Below are positions 38,601 to 52,080 of a stretch of 64,000 nucleotides of DNA, in pieces. The DNA lies in NCBI GenBank assembly GCA_051362555.1, contig CM120640.1:69914788-69978787 (forward strand), in the 5' to 3' direction. The stretch comes from Lingula anatina (lineage: Eukaryota > Animalia > Brachiopoda). Position 1 is the first letter of the stretch. Every line of letters begins with the position of its first letter. Both the position numbers and the translations under genes were made by a program. The notes under the pieces were generated by a model. That model did not search any database, was not told where the DNA came from, and was given only the letters and a program-made list of their open reading frames with translations.

Positions 38601-39085
38601 ACAGGCTACACAAACCATCTACATTCAGAATTTTCTTTCCTAAATTACAACAATGTTCATTAAGGTCTTTATATAAAATACCCACCAAAAGTTCTTTTTT
38701 TTTTTTTTTTTACATTAAACTGAACCCTACTGTGCTTCAAATTAAATATACCAATACAAAAAGAGGCACTTAGTATGGTTGTTTAACTTACGTTCTATCA
38801 TTCTGAATGATGTCTTCCTCAGCCATGTCCACCAGCAAGTTGAGGTTATGCAACAGTTCAGGAACATCGAAGGCTTTCTGTTGAGGCTGTACCACTGGGC
38901 GTTCTTCCTCATCCGAGTCTGGCCTGTCATGGCGGTTGCTGATGGCGTGATAACCTTTCCCAGAAGATATTACCGACCATAAATATCCCAAGTTAATATG
39001 AAACATCTAATAGTGAAACTTAAGGCATTATGGAAAAGCAAGCACTTCCATACTATATTTTGAAATTTGATCACTATGGCAATTC

Positions 39086-39124
<39 letters not shown>

Positions 39125-42100
39125 CTGCACCTACTGCTGTGGTTTGTGCTTCTTAACAGAATCAGTATATTATATGAGATCATATCACACTTCTATAAAT
39201 ACACATTTACATAGTTACGCTAGTCAATCATGTTTTTATCCATTTTTATCATCAGCTTACCTGTCAATACCCTCTGCTCCTTGGACGTCATATCAATGAC
39301 CTTGACATTGGACAGGTGACTTGGCATGGCAGACTTCTTCTTCCCTCCTTTAGGACCTCCTTTCTCAATGACCTCCGCAGCTGTTTTATACAAATATTTG
39401 GGTTTCTTCTTTTTGTCAGCCTGCTGTATAAATACCAGTAACCTTACAGCTGTGGACATTACAAAATAAATCCTGCATGCATACATTCTGAAGTGTTTAA
39501 CTAAATTCCCATCTCTCACTGTTGTTGCACTTCACTTCTCACTAACTTTATTCATGAAGTTACTTAATGAGTCAACAAGACATAACTCTCCTTTAATCTA
39601 TTAAATTAATCTATTAAATTTTTCAATTTACATCATTTTAGAAAAATAAACCAATAACCAACTAGAGGATCAGAGAGGCGATACCGCCTCCTGGTATTGT
39701 ACCACCAGCTGGAGTAAGAGCATTCGTATGGGAAGGAAAAAGAAGGGGGAGGGGTTGTCTCACTAGTTGACGATCTTTCACAAACAAAAGCCATTGAATG
39801 AATATACAATTGCAACGATCCCCCACTGAGGATACGAAAATTACGTTCTTCCTTGCTCTTTGGCCAACGAAGACTCAAATATGAAAATCGCGTCCTCATC
39901 TCTTTCACATTGGGAATGAACTTTCGCTAACAATTTGAAAGTTGTCTTTTTTGTCTGCCAGTTTTAGAGATAAAATGGAAAAACATTTGCAAAGTTCAGT
40001 TCATGGTGAAAAGTAGGTCACACTACGATTGCCAGTATATGACTTCCTATCCAAGTTCAATAGTAACTATGGACCTATCTCTGCCAGTTTTGGATATGAA
40101 AGGGAAGCAAAATTTGCAAAGTTCAGTTCATGGTGAAAAGTAGGTCAAAGGTCAATTTCAAGGTAACATTAAGATTGCCAGTGTATAACTTCCTATTCAA
40201 GTTCAATAGTAACTATGGACCTATCTCTGCCAGTATTGGATATGAAAGGGAAGCAAATTTTGCAAAGTTCAGTTCATGGTGAAAAGTAGGTCAAAGGTCA
40301 ATTTCAAGGTCACATTAAGATTGCCAGTGTATGACTTCCTATTCAAGTTCAATAGTAACTATGGACCTATCTCTACCAGTTTTGGATATGAAAGGGAAGC
40401 AAATTTTGCAAAGTTCAGTTCATGGTGAAAAGTAGGTCAAAGGTCAATTTCAAGGTCACATTTAGATTGCCAGTGTATGACTTCCTATTCAAGTTCAATA
40501 GTATCTATGGACCTATCTCTGCCAGTTTTGGAGATAAAAGGGCAGCAAAATTTGCAAAGTTCAGTTCATGGTGAAAAGTAGGTCAAAGGTCAATTTCAAG
40601 GTAACATTAAGATTGCCAGTGTATGACTTCCTATTCAAGTTCAATAGTAACTATGGACCTATCTCTGCCAGTTTTGGATATGAAAGGGCAGCAAAATTTG
40701 CAAAGTTCAGTTCATGGTGAAAAGTAGGTCAAAGGTCAATTTCAAGGTCACATTAAGATTGCCAGTGTATGACTTCCTATTCAAGTTCAATAGTAACTAT
40801 GGACCTATCTCTGCCAGTTTTGGATATGAAAGGGAAGCAAATTTTGCAAAGTTCAGTTCATGGTGAAAAGTAGGTCAAAGGTCAATTTCAAGGTCACATT
40901 TAGATTGCCAGTGTATGACTTCCTATTCAAGTTCAATAGTATCTATGGACCTATCTCTGCCAGTTTTGGAGATAAAAGGGCAGCAAAATTTGCAAAGTTC
41001 AGTTCATGGTGAAAAGTAGGTCAAAGGTCAATTTCAAGGTCACATTAAGATTGCCAGTGTATGACTTCCTATTCAAGTTCAATAGTAACTATGGACCTAT
41101 CTCTGCCAGTTTTGGATATGAAAGGGAAGCAAATTTTGCAAAGTTCAGTTCATGGTGAAAAGTAGGTCAAAGGTCAATTTCAAGGTCACATTTAGATTGC
41201 CAGTGTATGACTTTCTATTCAAGTTCAATAGTATCTATGGACCTATCTCTGCCAGTTTTGGAGATAAAAGGGCAGCAAAATTTGCAAAGTTCAGTTCATG
41301 GTGAAAAGTAGGTCAAAGGTCAATTTCAAGGTCACATTTGGATTGCCAGTATATGACTTCCTATTCAAGTTCAATAGTAACATTGGACCTATCTCTGCCA
41401 GTTTTGGAGATAAAAGGGAAGCAAAATTTCCAAAGTTCAGTTCATGGTGAAAAGTAGGTCAAAGGTAAATTTCAAGGTCACATTTAGATTGCCAGTATAT
41501 GACTTCCTATTCAAGTTCAATAGAAACTATGAACCTACCTCTGCCAGTTTTGGAGATAAAAGGTAGGCAAAATTTGAAAAGTTCAGTTCATGGTGAAAAG
41601 TAGGTCAAAGGTCAATTTCAAGGTCACATTTAGATTGCCAGTATATGACTTCCTATTCAAGTTCAATAGTATCTATGGACCTATCTCTGCCAGTTTTGGA
41701 GATAAAAGGGAAGCAAAATTTGCAAAGTTCAATTCATGGTGAAAAGTAGGTCAAAGGTTAATTTCAAGGTCATAGTAAGATTGCCAGTATATGACTTCCT
41801 ATTCAACTTCAATAGTAACTATAGACCTATCTCTGCCAGTTTTGGAGATATAAGGGACTAAATGTTATAATTTCAGAGTTACCTTAATGTGCCATAAATT
41901 TCCTACAGAAAAAATTAATTAAAATAAAGAAAAGGTCATTTTGGTCAAAATTCTTGAAATGGGAGGTGCTCTGAAGTTCCAGAAGTTCAAATTTGATGAA
42001 ATAATGTCATTTTTGACCACAAGTTGTCTGCTTTGCCAAGCCTTATGTTTTATTTTTCCAGAGTTCAAAATTTATTATCCATTACCGTACTGCACATTTT

Positions 42101-44619
42101 GCTTTCACCACCAATATGTACTTTTTGATACAGCGTAACTCGAAAACCGTATGGAATACAAAAAAACGGAGACCACCTCCAGTGTTGGTCTTTACATGCT
42201 CTACAAAATGCAAAAAAGAATGGGTCTCTAGCATTAACGGTTTCCGAATTAGAGACAGTTTTCAGTTTCGGTATCTTATGGCTGCTACACCCGTGAAAAT
42301 GCACCGATTGACCCCAAATTTACAGAGATGATAGATGACACCAAGGGTAACACTTTCCATAAATATTACTGGCTAAGTCAGTGTGGTGTTTGAATAACAG
42401 CGCAAATAAATTTAAATTTTTCGTAAAAAAATTCATTTTTTTTGAAAATTTTGGCCCGTTTGACCTTGAAATAAAGGTCAAAGGTCAAATCCAAAGGCAT
42501 ATTTGAAATCTACACATATGACTTTTGGAAAGCCGCCTGTAGAAATTTTTCCCATACTTCCTCCCGTAGGGTAGATAATTAGCTTTTAATTTTGCCATTT
42601 TTGGACAAGGGTGCATTACAATGAGTGCCACACCTAGACCCCAATACAGACAAAGCCCAAATTTTACATGGAACGAGTTGAGATTATAGGTGACCTAAAT
42701 CCAAGAGATGAGTATGGAGGCCCTTTCCGTCTAGGAGGAGAAGCGGTAACGGTAACATGGCCACGGAGCCGGCGGAACGGACCGGACGGGACTAAAACCA
42801 TGTGTACCGCCAGCGCTAACGCTGGTGGAACAATTAATCAATCAACTTAAGACAATGATCCTCTACCTCTCCACCTCCTTTCCTCCACTGGTGCAATTGT
42901 TGTCTGAACTCCTTCTCCTCCTCTTCCTCGGAGTCGACCTGGGCTGGGAAGTCCTGCAGCGAGCGTTCTGTTCTTTCACTTCCATAAAACCCAATGGCCG
43001 CCTTACCGTCCCTCTTTTTGGCAGTGACTGGTGTGGAAATACCTTGCAGGTTTTTACCAAGACCTTTCCCTGGTACATATCCCATCTACAAAAGATAAAT
43101 GTGAAATTCTTTTTATATATTGTCAGCTAAGTTTTAGATCATTTCAACTGAAAACCGAACGACTATAAACAATTGCCTAGGTTTTTAGAGAAAAATTAAC
43201 TGTAAAAAACATTTAATTCAAACATCATGAACAAAAAGCGGTTCAATCAACTATGCAACTATTCCTTACCTTGGCGAGGAGTTTGCCTCCAATCCCTTTT
43301 GTACTTTTCTCCCAGTGACCAAAATGTCTATAAATGAATTGAAATGGACAAGAAGTGAGATGTTCTTTAAACCGGTGATCACAATGTACAGTCACATAAT
43401 AGATAAAAAACACATTCTGAATGACCTTAAATGCAATTATTCATGCCTAAAGTAAACCTAAGAACTGAATATTCTATGCATTTAAAAATAGCGTAAACTT
43501 TATACATTTTAAAAAGTCAATTACTATTCAATGATTCACCAATGATTTTTTAGGCATAACATATTCACTCACTCTTCTCCAGGTTTGTATGGACCCTTCT
43601 TTCCTTTATAACCTCCTCTTTTCCTTCCTCCAGCCATGGCAGATTGAAAACTATTAGAAGGCATAGCAACATCTTCATCCTTTAGGGAACAAAATATATT
43701 AATTGACATTTCTTGAAATACTTAGTACAGTGCTATAAATGTTATTTTTTAGGTCTGGATTGCTTCTTTTCAAATTATTTCTTGTAAAATACATCAGTAA
43801 ATATCACTGCAAATACTGAAGGGAGCAATTTCGGTAAATATACAGACACTAGAAAAAATGCTGAGCCATCAAAAACAACTTAACTTTGGTTTGAAAGATA
43901 AACATGTTAGTGCTGGATTTACCTAGTCTAAATGCCAAAAAAGGGGGAAATATGAAGCATTGACAATTAATTCCAGATTGTTCTTTTAAAAACCCTGCAT
44001 CAAATTCATAAAGATACTTTATCTTGTACCTCATCTTCTTCCTCGTCGTCTTCTTCTTTCTCAACTTTGCTCCCTCTTTTAATCCCACCACTGACAAAGC
44101 CAATAGGAGCTGTGTAGTCTTTCTTTTTCTTCCTCCCCTCCCTGCTGGTACCAGGCTGACCTTCCTCATCACTGTCATCTGCCCACACACCTGGGGTATC
44201 GATGGTAACATTGTAAAATCCAATTATCTCCTCAAGATTAAGTGCAATTTCCTCAAATATGCCCCATTCATGTTACTACGCAAAAGTATATTTATTGAAA
44301 CCAAATAAATTGTTTTTCAGTTATATCTGATTACCAAAAGAGACTATGATCTAAACTAAGTGGAAAAAACTACAGGGACTGGGCAGGGTAGACCTAACTT
44401 CGATACCTCAGTGGTAGAACACTTGCACAGTGAGCTACTAAACTAAACATTCATCTTGTCAAGGGCACTGAGGAATGTTTTGTAAATGAGATATATGTCA
44501 GTGAACATACCATAGATGGCCTGGTTCTTCGACATCCTAAACCTCTTCCTGTATGGGTCCATCTCATTCAGTAGGTCTTCATCTGTGACCTCAAACCTCT
44601 CCACCTCTGGAGATGACAT
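29535..44619 (-). CDS. TFIP11: Tuftelin-interacting protein 11 (STIP/Ntr1; G-patch spliceosome disassembly factor), ~16 coding exons
   Basis: Start [16 protein letters not shown] (44619); TIP_N region [13 protein letters not shown]...[12 protein letters not shown]; G-patch [31 protein letters not shown]; [12 protein letters not shown]; GCFC region [26 protein letters not shown]...[14 protein letters not shown]; C-terminus [12 protein letters not shown]. Confidence 0.96.
30237..31960. repeat. 161-bp satellite array (~10-11 units) with a higher-order ~806-bp period
   Basis: CCGATAACAC...GAAACTTACAGAACTGATGAATATTCATAATACGCAGG...GTTCGAAAATCAGC recurs at 30237, 30398, 30559 and onward. The variant order in 30398-31042 recurs at 31204-31850. 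Confidence 0.92.
32397..33600. repeat. ~337-bp diverging tandem repeat (3-4 units) inside the HINE
   Basis: TTGGCATTT..CAA..TGTGACTT.GAA...AAAAAT(T/C)GATGGTCATTATGC...GATGACCATT recurs at ~32397, ~32735 and ~33071, decaying at ~33400. Confidence 0.85.
33827..33993. mobile_element. ~165-bp MITE family (CAGGGG termini), copy 1
   Basis: TIR CAGGGGCGGAT / ATCCGCCCCTG, with GATGTT on both sides. Homologous to 34867-35030 and 53038-53205. Confidence 0.8.
34389..34624 (+). mobile_element. Short Helentron-type non-autonomous element nested in the large HINE
   Basis: 5' end TTACCTC..CTCTGCCAAGGAGGTTAT followed by a GTTTGTCTGT microsatellite. 3' end CCTTGGCAGAGG, then hairpin GCACT..AGTGC and CTAGTT. 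Confidence 0.65.
34867..35030. mobile_element. ~165-bp MITE family, copy 2 (opposite orientation to copy 1)
   Basis: AAGGGGTGGATTGAGACCATCTTCTGGGTCTTC...GATCAAC...CTGTCAGAAAATATCTCTGGGTCCGCTCCTG, with TTATTG on both sides. Confidence 0.75.
39661..42836 (-). mobile_element. ~3.2-kb non-autonomous Helentron-associated element (HINE) with a 146-bp satellite, in a TFIP11 intron
   Basis: Read on the minus strand: 5' subTIR plus inverted copy TGTTCCACCAGC-GTTAGC-GCTGGCGGTACA (42832-42803); GTCC-like microsatellite; tandem array; 3' subTIR GCTGGTGGTACA (39709-39698); hairpin GAGGCG-GTAT-CGCCTC; terminal CTAG-TT. Confidence 0.78.
39950..41860. repeat. 146-bp satellite array (~13 units)
   Basis: TGCAAAGTTCAGTTCATGGTGAAAAGTAGGTCAAAGGTCAATTTCAAGGTCAC...CCTATCTCTGCCAGTTTTGGA recurs at 40115, 40261, 40407, 40553 and onward (period 146). 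Confidence 0.95.
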
Positions 44620-45169
44620 GTTTGCTGTATACTAAATCCTAAAGCAAATGAAAAAGAAAATATATCATTACAAGAGAACTTGCAGTTTGTCAATGGTCAC
44701 CAGCAAGTCCAGAGTGCACAACAGAAAATACCTAGTATCTCTTTACAAATCACTGACACCTCACTAATGTATAGTTGTACTTTGATCAAGCCTACATTTC
44801 TTTGCATGAACATGTTTAAGGCAGTGCCACAAAAAATCCAGACACATACATGCCAAAAACAATATTATATATGATAATTATATTTATTTACATGAAATGT
44901 AAATACTGTTAACCTTTTTTCAGTATAATTATATAAATCAGTACCACTCTATGCAGTGTTATGTAACATTATAAAATCAGACACGACTCATAGTACTAGT
45001 AACAAATCTACAAATATAAGTAATAAGTGCTATCAATTTGATTGCGAACTCGCCGGGGAATCAATTTTCATGATTCGTTGTTCAAAGCCAAACGACAGAA
45101 TTTAGAAACTAATTTAACTTTTTCGTCTAAAACTATTGAATCTAAGTAATGGTGCATCTGTGATCTTAC

Positions 45170-45600
45170 CCCTTCTCCTAAATTCAACGAAACAATTGAA
45201 AGAAATTTAATTATGCACTTCAATACAAAGTAAAGTCAGCAAGACGATTTACAACTACACCAACATCGTGCCAAAACGTTTTTCCCATTAACGACCTTCA
45301 CCTTTATGAGATCTCGCGATAAATGGCGAGGTTTTTGTCTTCGCATAGTTAGGCATCAATGATATTTTATTTATTTCAACGAGAAAACACATTAAAAAAT
45401 TTATTGTAAATACCACCAAACGATTAAATATGCCTAATTTGTAGAATTCAATCATATATGATGTTGACAAGATGCATTATTTGAACAAATTCTTTATAAA
45501 TATCAGTTAGGCAAGATCCAATTACGGTCACATGACGTAGCAACATCAAACAGTCTGGGCTCCCATTAGGGAAGGAGAGGGAATATTATGGAAAGAGGTA
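45170..45600. promoter_or_regulatory. Bidirectional promoter and first exons of TFIP11 (-) and the uncharacterised gene (+)
   Basis: CpG-richer than the flanks. Minus-strand donor at ~45170, TCTCGCGATA-AATGGCG at 45312-45328, TGACGTAGCAAC at ~45533, plus-strand donor GAG|GTACAG at ~45597. Confidence 0.5.
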
Positions 45601-45845
45601 CAGCATTATGTTAAATTAAATCGTAAAATGGACAATGAATTGAAAAACTGTGTAATTGGAGTACCCTTTTTCAATGGCCATGAGTTTTGTTTTCATTACT
45701 TATAATTCAAAGTGGCGTTTATCGTGTTAAAAATAACCAATTTAACGTACTGTACCTGTGCCAATAATATCATAATTATTGTATTAATAATGCTGCTGAT
45801 ATGATAATGAGAGTCTTGATATTTGTAGCCCGCCAGCCAGTTGCA

Positions 45846-48800
45846 ATGGAAGCAGTACGTGAAGAAGATGACGAAGAATCCTGGGATGGATCACAAGCAT
45901 CAGGGGTAAGGAAATTGAAGACAGGATTGACGTTTTTACTTGTAATTGTTGTAATTTCAAATAATACAGAAGGATAATAAATGTTGCTTTAAGATTTGTC
46001 AAGTCCATAGCAAATCTAAAGCTACTCCTTAACGAAAGCTAAAAAATTATTGTGTTAGTATTATGGATGATCCACATGTTACAGTAATATATAACATTGA
46101 TGTCTTAAGTTTATATGACAATTAAGTGGCATGTGAATTAATCATATTTTGACAGCTTTCTATATTTCATTACTAGGATGAAGGTGGAGGGGGGATTAGA
46201 AAGAAAGGCCCCAACCAGTTTGATAACTTGTGTGATGGGGTATTGAATGCAATAGCTTTGGTGCATGAGGAGTTACAAGAGGTGAGGTCCCTGTAATTTT
46301 GTGTGCAAAAATACGGTATTATTTCATTGTAAAAATACCAGTAATATCAAAATAGAGTAATATGCTAGGAGATATGTTCTCTGATAACTATTGCAGACCT
46401 GGACAATTTTATGATTATTTTTTATTTTATTTTTTAATAACTGTTGTGAAAAATGACTTCATCTCTTATCCATAGAACACTATCTCACAGTAATACAGAA
46501 ATTATCCACTTTATGACAGTTGTGTATCCTTTTTTTTTTAGAAAAATATATGTTTACTTTTTCCTCTTATTAGACTAATTCTCTTTGATTTTGACTTGTG
46601 GTAATCATGGGATGTATATCCTTTTTTAAGTCAGTATCTCCTTAACATTTATTTATCTTCTAGTTTTTGGATCTGAAAAATGAGCTGCTTCGCCATGCTT
46701 TACCCCCCAATGTCTTGATGAAGATTGGAATTACTTCAGGAAAAGTATACAGGCGGTAAGTTCAGTGACCTGGGACATTTGAATTTACATCTCACCCATG
46801 ATTTCACCATTTAAACAAAGAGTGACAAGTTATCAGTATCCTTTAAGAAGAAAGTCTCTTCAAGGGTACTGTAAGGGTTTATTATCAAGTTATTAAATTG
46901 GCCTGGAAATGGTGTTAATGGGTGCTCAGGTAAAGGAGAAATTTGAGACACCGTTTTTGCATTTTATTACCAAAAATAGGAATCATGACGTCATTGGTAA
47001 GATTTCATTTGTGTAAATTCTAAGGAATTTAGGCAGTGAACACTGAAGATTTATCTGTTATCTAGAAAATGTATGTAAGGCAATAAACAATGAGTTTGTT
47101 TGGATAACCCTGACAGTACCCTTATACACACAGTAGTCAGTAATTATGGTAATGTATACAGTATATTAACATTTTTGCAAATATTTCTTTTATTTCAAAC
47201 CATTTAGATATTGGTGATAAAAGTTTTGCTCTGTTTTTCTGCCAAAATTGTCACTTCTTTGTCTCCTATTAATGTAATTCTGTATTCAACAGGATGACAG
47301 ACCTGAATGAGCCAGTGAATGAACTGGTTCGATTGGTACGGGTGTACTCCACTCCGTGGGAAGAAAAAAGTGCGGCTCTGAAGAAATTACATGAAGATTA
47401 TGAAAATAAACAAAGGCAGCTAAATGTGGCTATAAAGAGACTGCAGCTTGTGGATGCTCATGTGAGGGGCACAATATTACATACATTGTATAGATTGTGT
47501 GTAATAACAAGAAACCTCCCCCTGTACCCCCCTCCCAACCCACTCAGACATTCTCAACTCCTGGATACCCCCCATCCCTCAAAACCTATTGCCCCTAAAG
47601 ATAATTTTGCTGACAAATAGTCCTGCAGTGTTTTACATTAATCTTTTTTTTTTCGTTGAAAGAAGAAATCCAATAATCAATAGATTTTTCTTTTAATTTT
47701 GATTACCTTTTTTGTCATTCAAAGTGGAAGGGAGAGTAATCAATGAACACATTAGTTTGATGTTTAGCACTCATTTATAATTTATAATTCATGTTTTCAT
47801 ATTTTAGTCCAAAAGAATAGCCAGAGAGAAACGCATAATGAATTGGGAGAAACTTTTTGCACGCATGACAACTAAAAAAGGGCATGGCAGGCGCTGGAAG
47901 TTTCTGATAGAATCTGTAAAGGAGAAGTCTAAGCTAGGGTAAGGATTAAAGATGAATAAAAGGCTTACATAAGACAGACTGGTACAAAATGGATTCCAGC
48001 TGGTGTCTTATTGTTATACAAAGTATCAGTATGAATTTCATTTAGTTAATTGAATATTTTCACCAAGTATGAATTTTATCAGATGTGAAATTATGGAATT
48101 GAGTATCCAGGCTACTTGTATCCCTATTTCAGTCTTGAGGTCCTGCAGGGCTATCTTCGTCAACTAGACAGAAGTGATGACGAGGAAGAAGATTGGGATG
48201 ACGAAGAAGATAATAAAACACAGCTAATAACATCTGGGAATTCAGAACCTGCTGAAAGTGATGATGAACTACAGGTGATCTAAAACATATTATTTATCAT
48301 GTACCATCAAAAACTATATATTGATTGTTTTTGTTGTTATATTTCACTAGTCTAATATTACTACTGTAATTACTCATTCTTTTCAACTGGGGCTAATTGT
48401 GAATTTTTTCAGATACTGTATTTATTAAGATACAAAATTAAAAGGCAGGCTTCCCTAAATTTCTATTCTATGCAGAAATAGCACCACACATGCTATACAG
48501 AAATATAATTATGTGATTATAAAATTATGTATTTAAAAGTTTGATATTTTTTGCCCATTGAAAAGATCGAGCCATTATTGTATTTGCAGTTCATAAACTC
48601 CAGCTTCCTTAACACTACATTTACAGTTTCACAGCATAACATTTTAAGTTTAAAGAAAGAAGCTGAAGTGAACTTACTTTATAAGTGACGTTTCATTGAG
48701 CCAACATCAGAATTTATTGGAATAAATCAATATACCTGAACTTGAAGTTTTAACAAGAAAATGCATTACTGTCTGAGCAGGGTGAAGAAGATGAGGGTAA

Positions 48801-51800
48801 TGTGGGAGATGGCAGTAGCGTGGGCAGCGGGGAGGCCGAGCTGAAGGTGAAGATGCCAGGTCTCCCTGGAGAGGAGGAGGAGGAGTCTTCAGATGATGAC
48901 GCTGATGACGAGGCAGAAGTTGATGCCAGAACAGAAAGCAGGAAAAGCTCAAGCAAGGTTTGTAGAAGTTAAAGCCTATACGTAAACAATTTTACATTCT
49001 TTCTCCTCAATGGAACCTTTCAGAATAGGGGACTAACTAGTGCGAGGGTCAAATATGGTGACCCACTGCAAAGCTTGCCATCTAATCTGCCAGTAAACAC
49101 TGAATACACATCCCTGGGGAAGTATTCAAGTGGGTTGGCCATATTTGACCCTCGGACCCTATTCTGAATGGGGCCAATGGTGTTTTTTCTCTCATCATTG
49201 GGTAAATATCACATGTATCACTGTATAATCAAGAAATGTTTATTTGTACTTAGTTCACTTGCTGCTTTTTTTCTGATAATAGAAAGTCACGTTCGTGGAG
49301 CCAGAAAAGCCTGAGATGTCAGACAAAGCAATATGGACACATGAACCCAGTTATGACAGGTACCTTCACATCAGGGTTCTAAAACCTCAGGGTTTGGATG
49401 AAATCAGGGACCTCAAATGTGTGATCAGCTACAAAACAGAATTCTTCAAGACAAAAATACTAGATCCTTTACCAGTGGAATCGGTAGGTGCAAAGATACA
49501 AACTGGTTTGATTGTAACTAAATACACTAATCTATGATTATGGAAAGTCGGTGCAATAAGATATAGCAAAATCATAACTGTTAGCTTGTGAAGAGCAAGT
49601 TTTACTTTTAAGCAATTTATGTTATTTTATGGGAGAAAACATAGTAATGTTTTTAAAAGATTTTGGTATAATATATTTCAATTATTTTGAATATAAGATG
49701 GGGGAGTTTATTTGATGTTCATTTTTATTTTTTTAGGAGGATGAGGAAGAAAAGAAACCCAAATCCCCACCCAAAAAGAAGAGGGGTTTAATTGGTACCA
49801 AAGCTCCAGGTATTCTTTAAGATTTCATCTTATGTGGTGTTAAAAAAAACTATGGCATTTAAAAAAAGGCTCCATGACTGTTCAGTGTTGCAAATTTCAT
49901 GTGCTTTATGTTCCTGGGTTTGAGGACCTGTAGATAAATAACAGTTTACCAGCACATCTGGCTTCATTCACACATTTTATAACATCCCATCATATATAAC
50001 TGATGATAGCCTCTGTAAGTGAATGGACATTTTTTACAGTGAGATATAACTTATTAGATGGCATAAGCTTTACAGGGATTCATATTTTATTGAAATTCAA
50101 TTTTGTTTACAGTTAAAGAAGAAAAGAAAGAAGAGAAAAAACCAAAGGAACCTCCCATTGTGTAAGTTTTCTATTTATTTAGGTATTTTTATACCAGATT
50201 AATGCATATTACTGGTTTTTTATTATTCCACATCGGAGATGTTTCTTCTACCCTTTAAGTCAAAACTGTAAATAAATATAGAATAAATTACACTTTTCAG
50301 CTTTGAAGATTATGTGTTCAAAGTGCCCAATGAAGTCGCCCCTGGTGTTAAAAGGCCAGTGAGTATTATTCCAGAACACATCAAGGTAGCAGTGCATCAT
50401 GGGCCAGAGGAAGAGATGTTTGCCATGGCAACTATTGATTTAAATGATATTGAAAACCAATTGGTAAGTTTTAGAATTTGATAAATGAAATGTGTTGCCC
50501 TTTGCCTTGTAGAATTTCAATTGAATGTTGCCATATTGAATAGGTTCAATAGATCCTTTTTGGTAATTCCCTCTATCAGCATTTTTTAATTCATAAATTA
50601 AATTTTCAACCGTCATTTACTTTCAAGTGTTGTTGTCCCATTTAAACCTGTACCTCATTCCAATATATATCTTAAATCAATCCTCATACATACACTGCAC
50701 TGCTATTCCAGGACCTCCCCAGTATTATTGTACCCCCAGATGACCCTGACCCAGATGGAGAAGAGGGCTATGTTACACCCGTTCCTTCGGTGGATGGAAA
50801 TCCAGCAGCTGCTCCCTTTGACCTCCAAACTGAAAAGGAGGCGTTAATAGCGGCCACATCCCCCCTGTCTTTCCCCCTCTACTCTATACATGCCACTAAT
50901 GCCGCGGGTGTTCACATGCCTGCAGGAATGCAACCTCTGATTCTCTTCTGGGAGAAACGAACACAACTTCAAGTGGCGGATAAAAAAATTAGTAAGTTTT
51001 GATTATATATATGTACATATATCACTGATTCTAGATTTGTGAAAGGTGTATGGTAATGAGTTTGATAGTTCAAACATTATGTACAGTTTGATATTTGTAA
51101 TTGATTACTTAATGTGCTGTCTTCCATATTTCATCATTAAAGACACTGTCTTTACTATTAGTCAGGGGTTTAGACATTTATTTAATTGTATGTTATCAGA
51201 ATTTAATTTTTCCTCCACTCAGCGACTGCCTCTGCCACAGACCTTGTGTATGAACTGACCGGCATTGACCTAAGAGTGACCAGTAAGGAAGACCTTCACC
51301 CTGAAACTGTGGAGAAAGCTTTATCTGTGATGTCCATGTCCCCAGAACCCACCCAAGTAAAATTTTAGTTACATATCATAAAGGGAATAACTGAGAACAG
51401 AAATAGTTTTCTTGACAGTATCAAACAAATGGAAATAATGTGTGATGTCATGTGAGACAAAAAAGTCACAAGACTTTGGTTTATCTCAAGTGATTCCTAT
51501 GGAACATTTTTGTTTTGATTAATTCCATTGTTTGATTGAACTAGTTTTTAGTGAAAGTTGTTGCGTTCAAACTATGATATTAAAAGGATTACAAGTTAGC
51601 ATGCAAAGATGCTTCATTGTTGTATGCAAACAGTATGTACATAAGAGTTTCAATTATTCATTCATATTCCAATGCCATCCACATATAACTTACAGGTAGT
51701 TGCATGTTAAAAAATTTTTCATCCTTCTCTTTATTTATATTTTACAATCATTTGTAACTTTTATCATCCATACGTGGTGCATGTTTTATTTCTTGAAGGA

Positions 51801-52044
51801 AATTGTACCAAAAGAAGAGCTGGAACAAGTGATGGAGAAACACAAGGAGGAAATGGAGCTGCTACAACAGGAATACGAGTATGTGCATTGGCAACAGTTG
51901 TTCTCTCTTGACAACACAGAAAAGTTTTTATAATGAACATGATTTGTGGTTTATGTATTTACTCATCTCTGTAATTTTATGAACTTTTTACATGTGCATT
52001 AACTTTTTCAAGTTTATGCAACTGTTCGTCGCTCTCCAGGAGGA

Positions 52045-52080
<36 letters not shown>

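Noticed and set aside
44405-44435. tRNA-like A-box CTCAGTGGTAGAACACTTGC
   Set aside because: No B-box/T-arm or acceptor stem is visible. At most a decayed SINE fragment.
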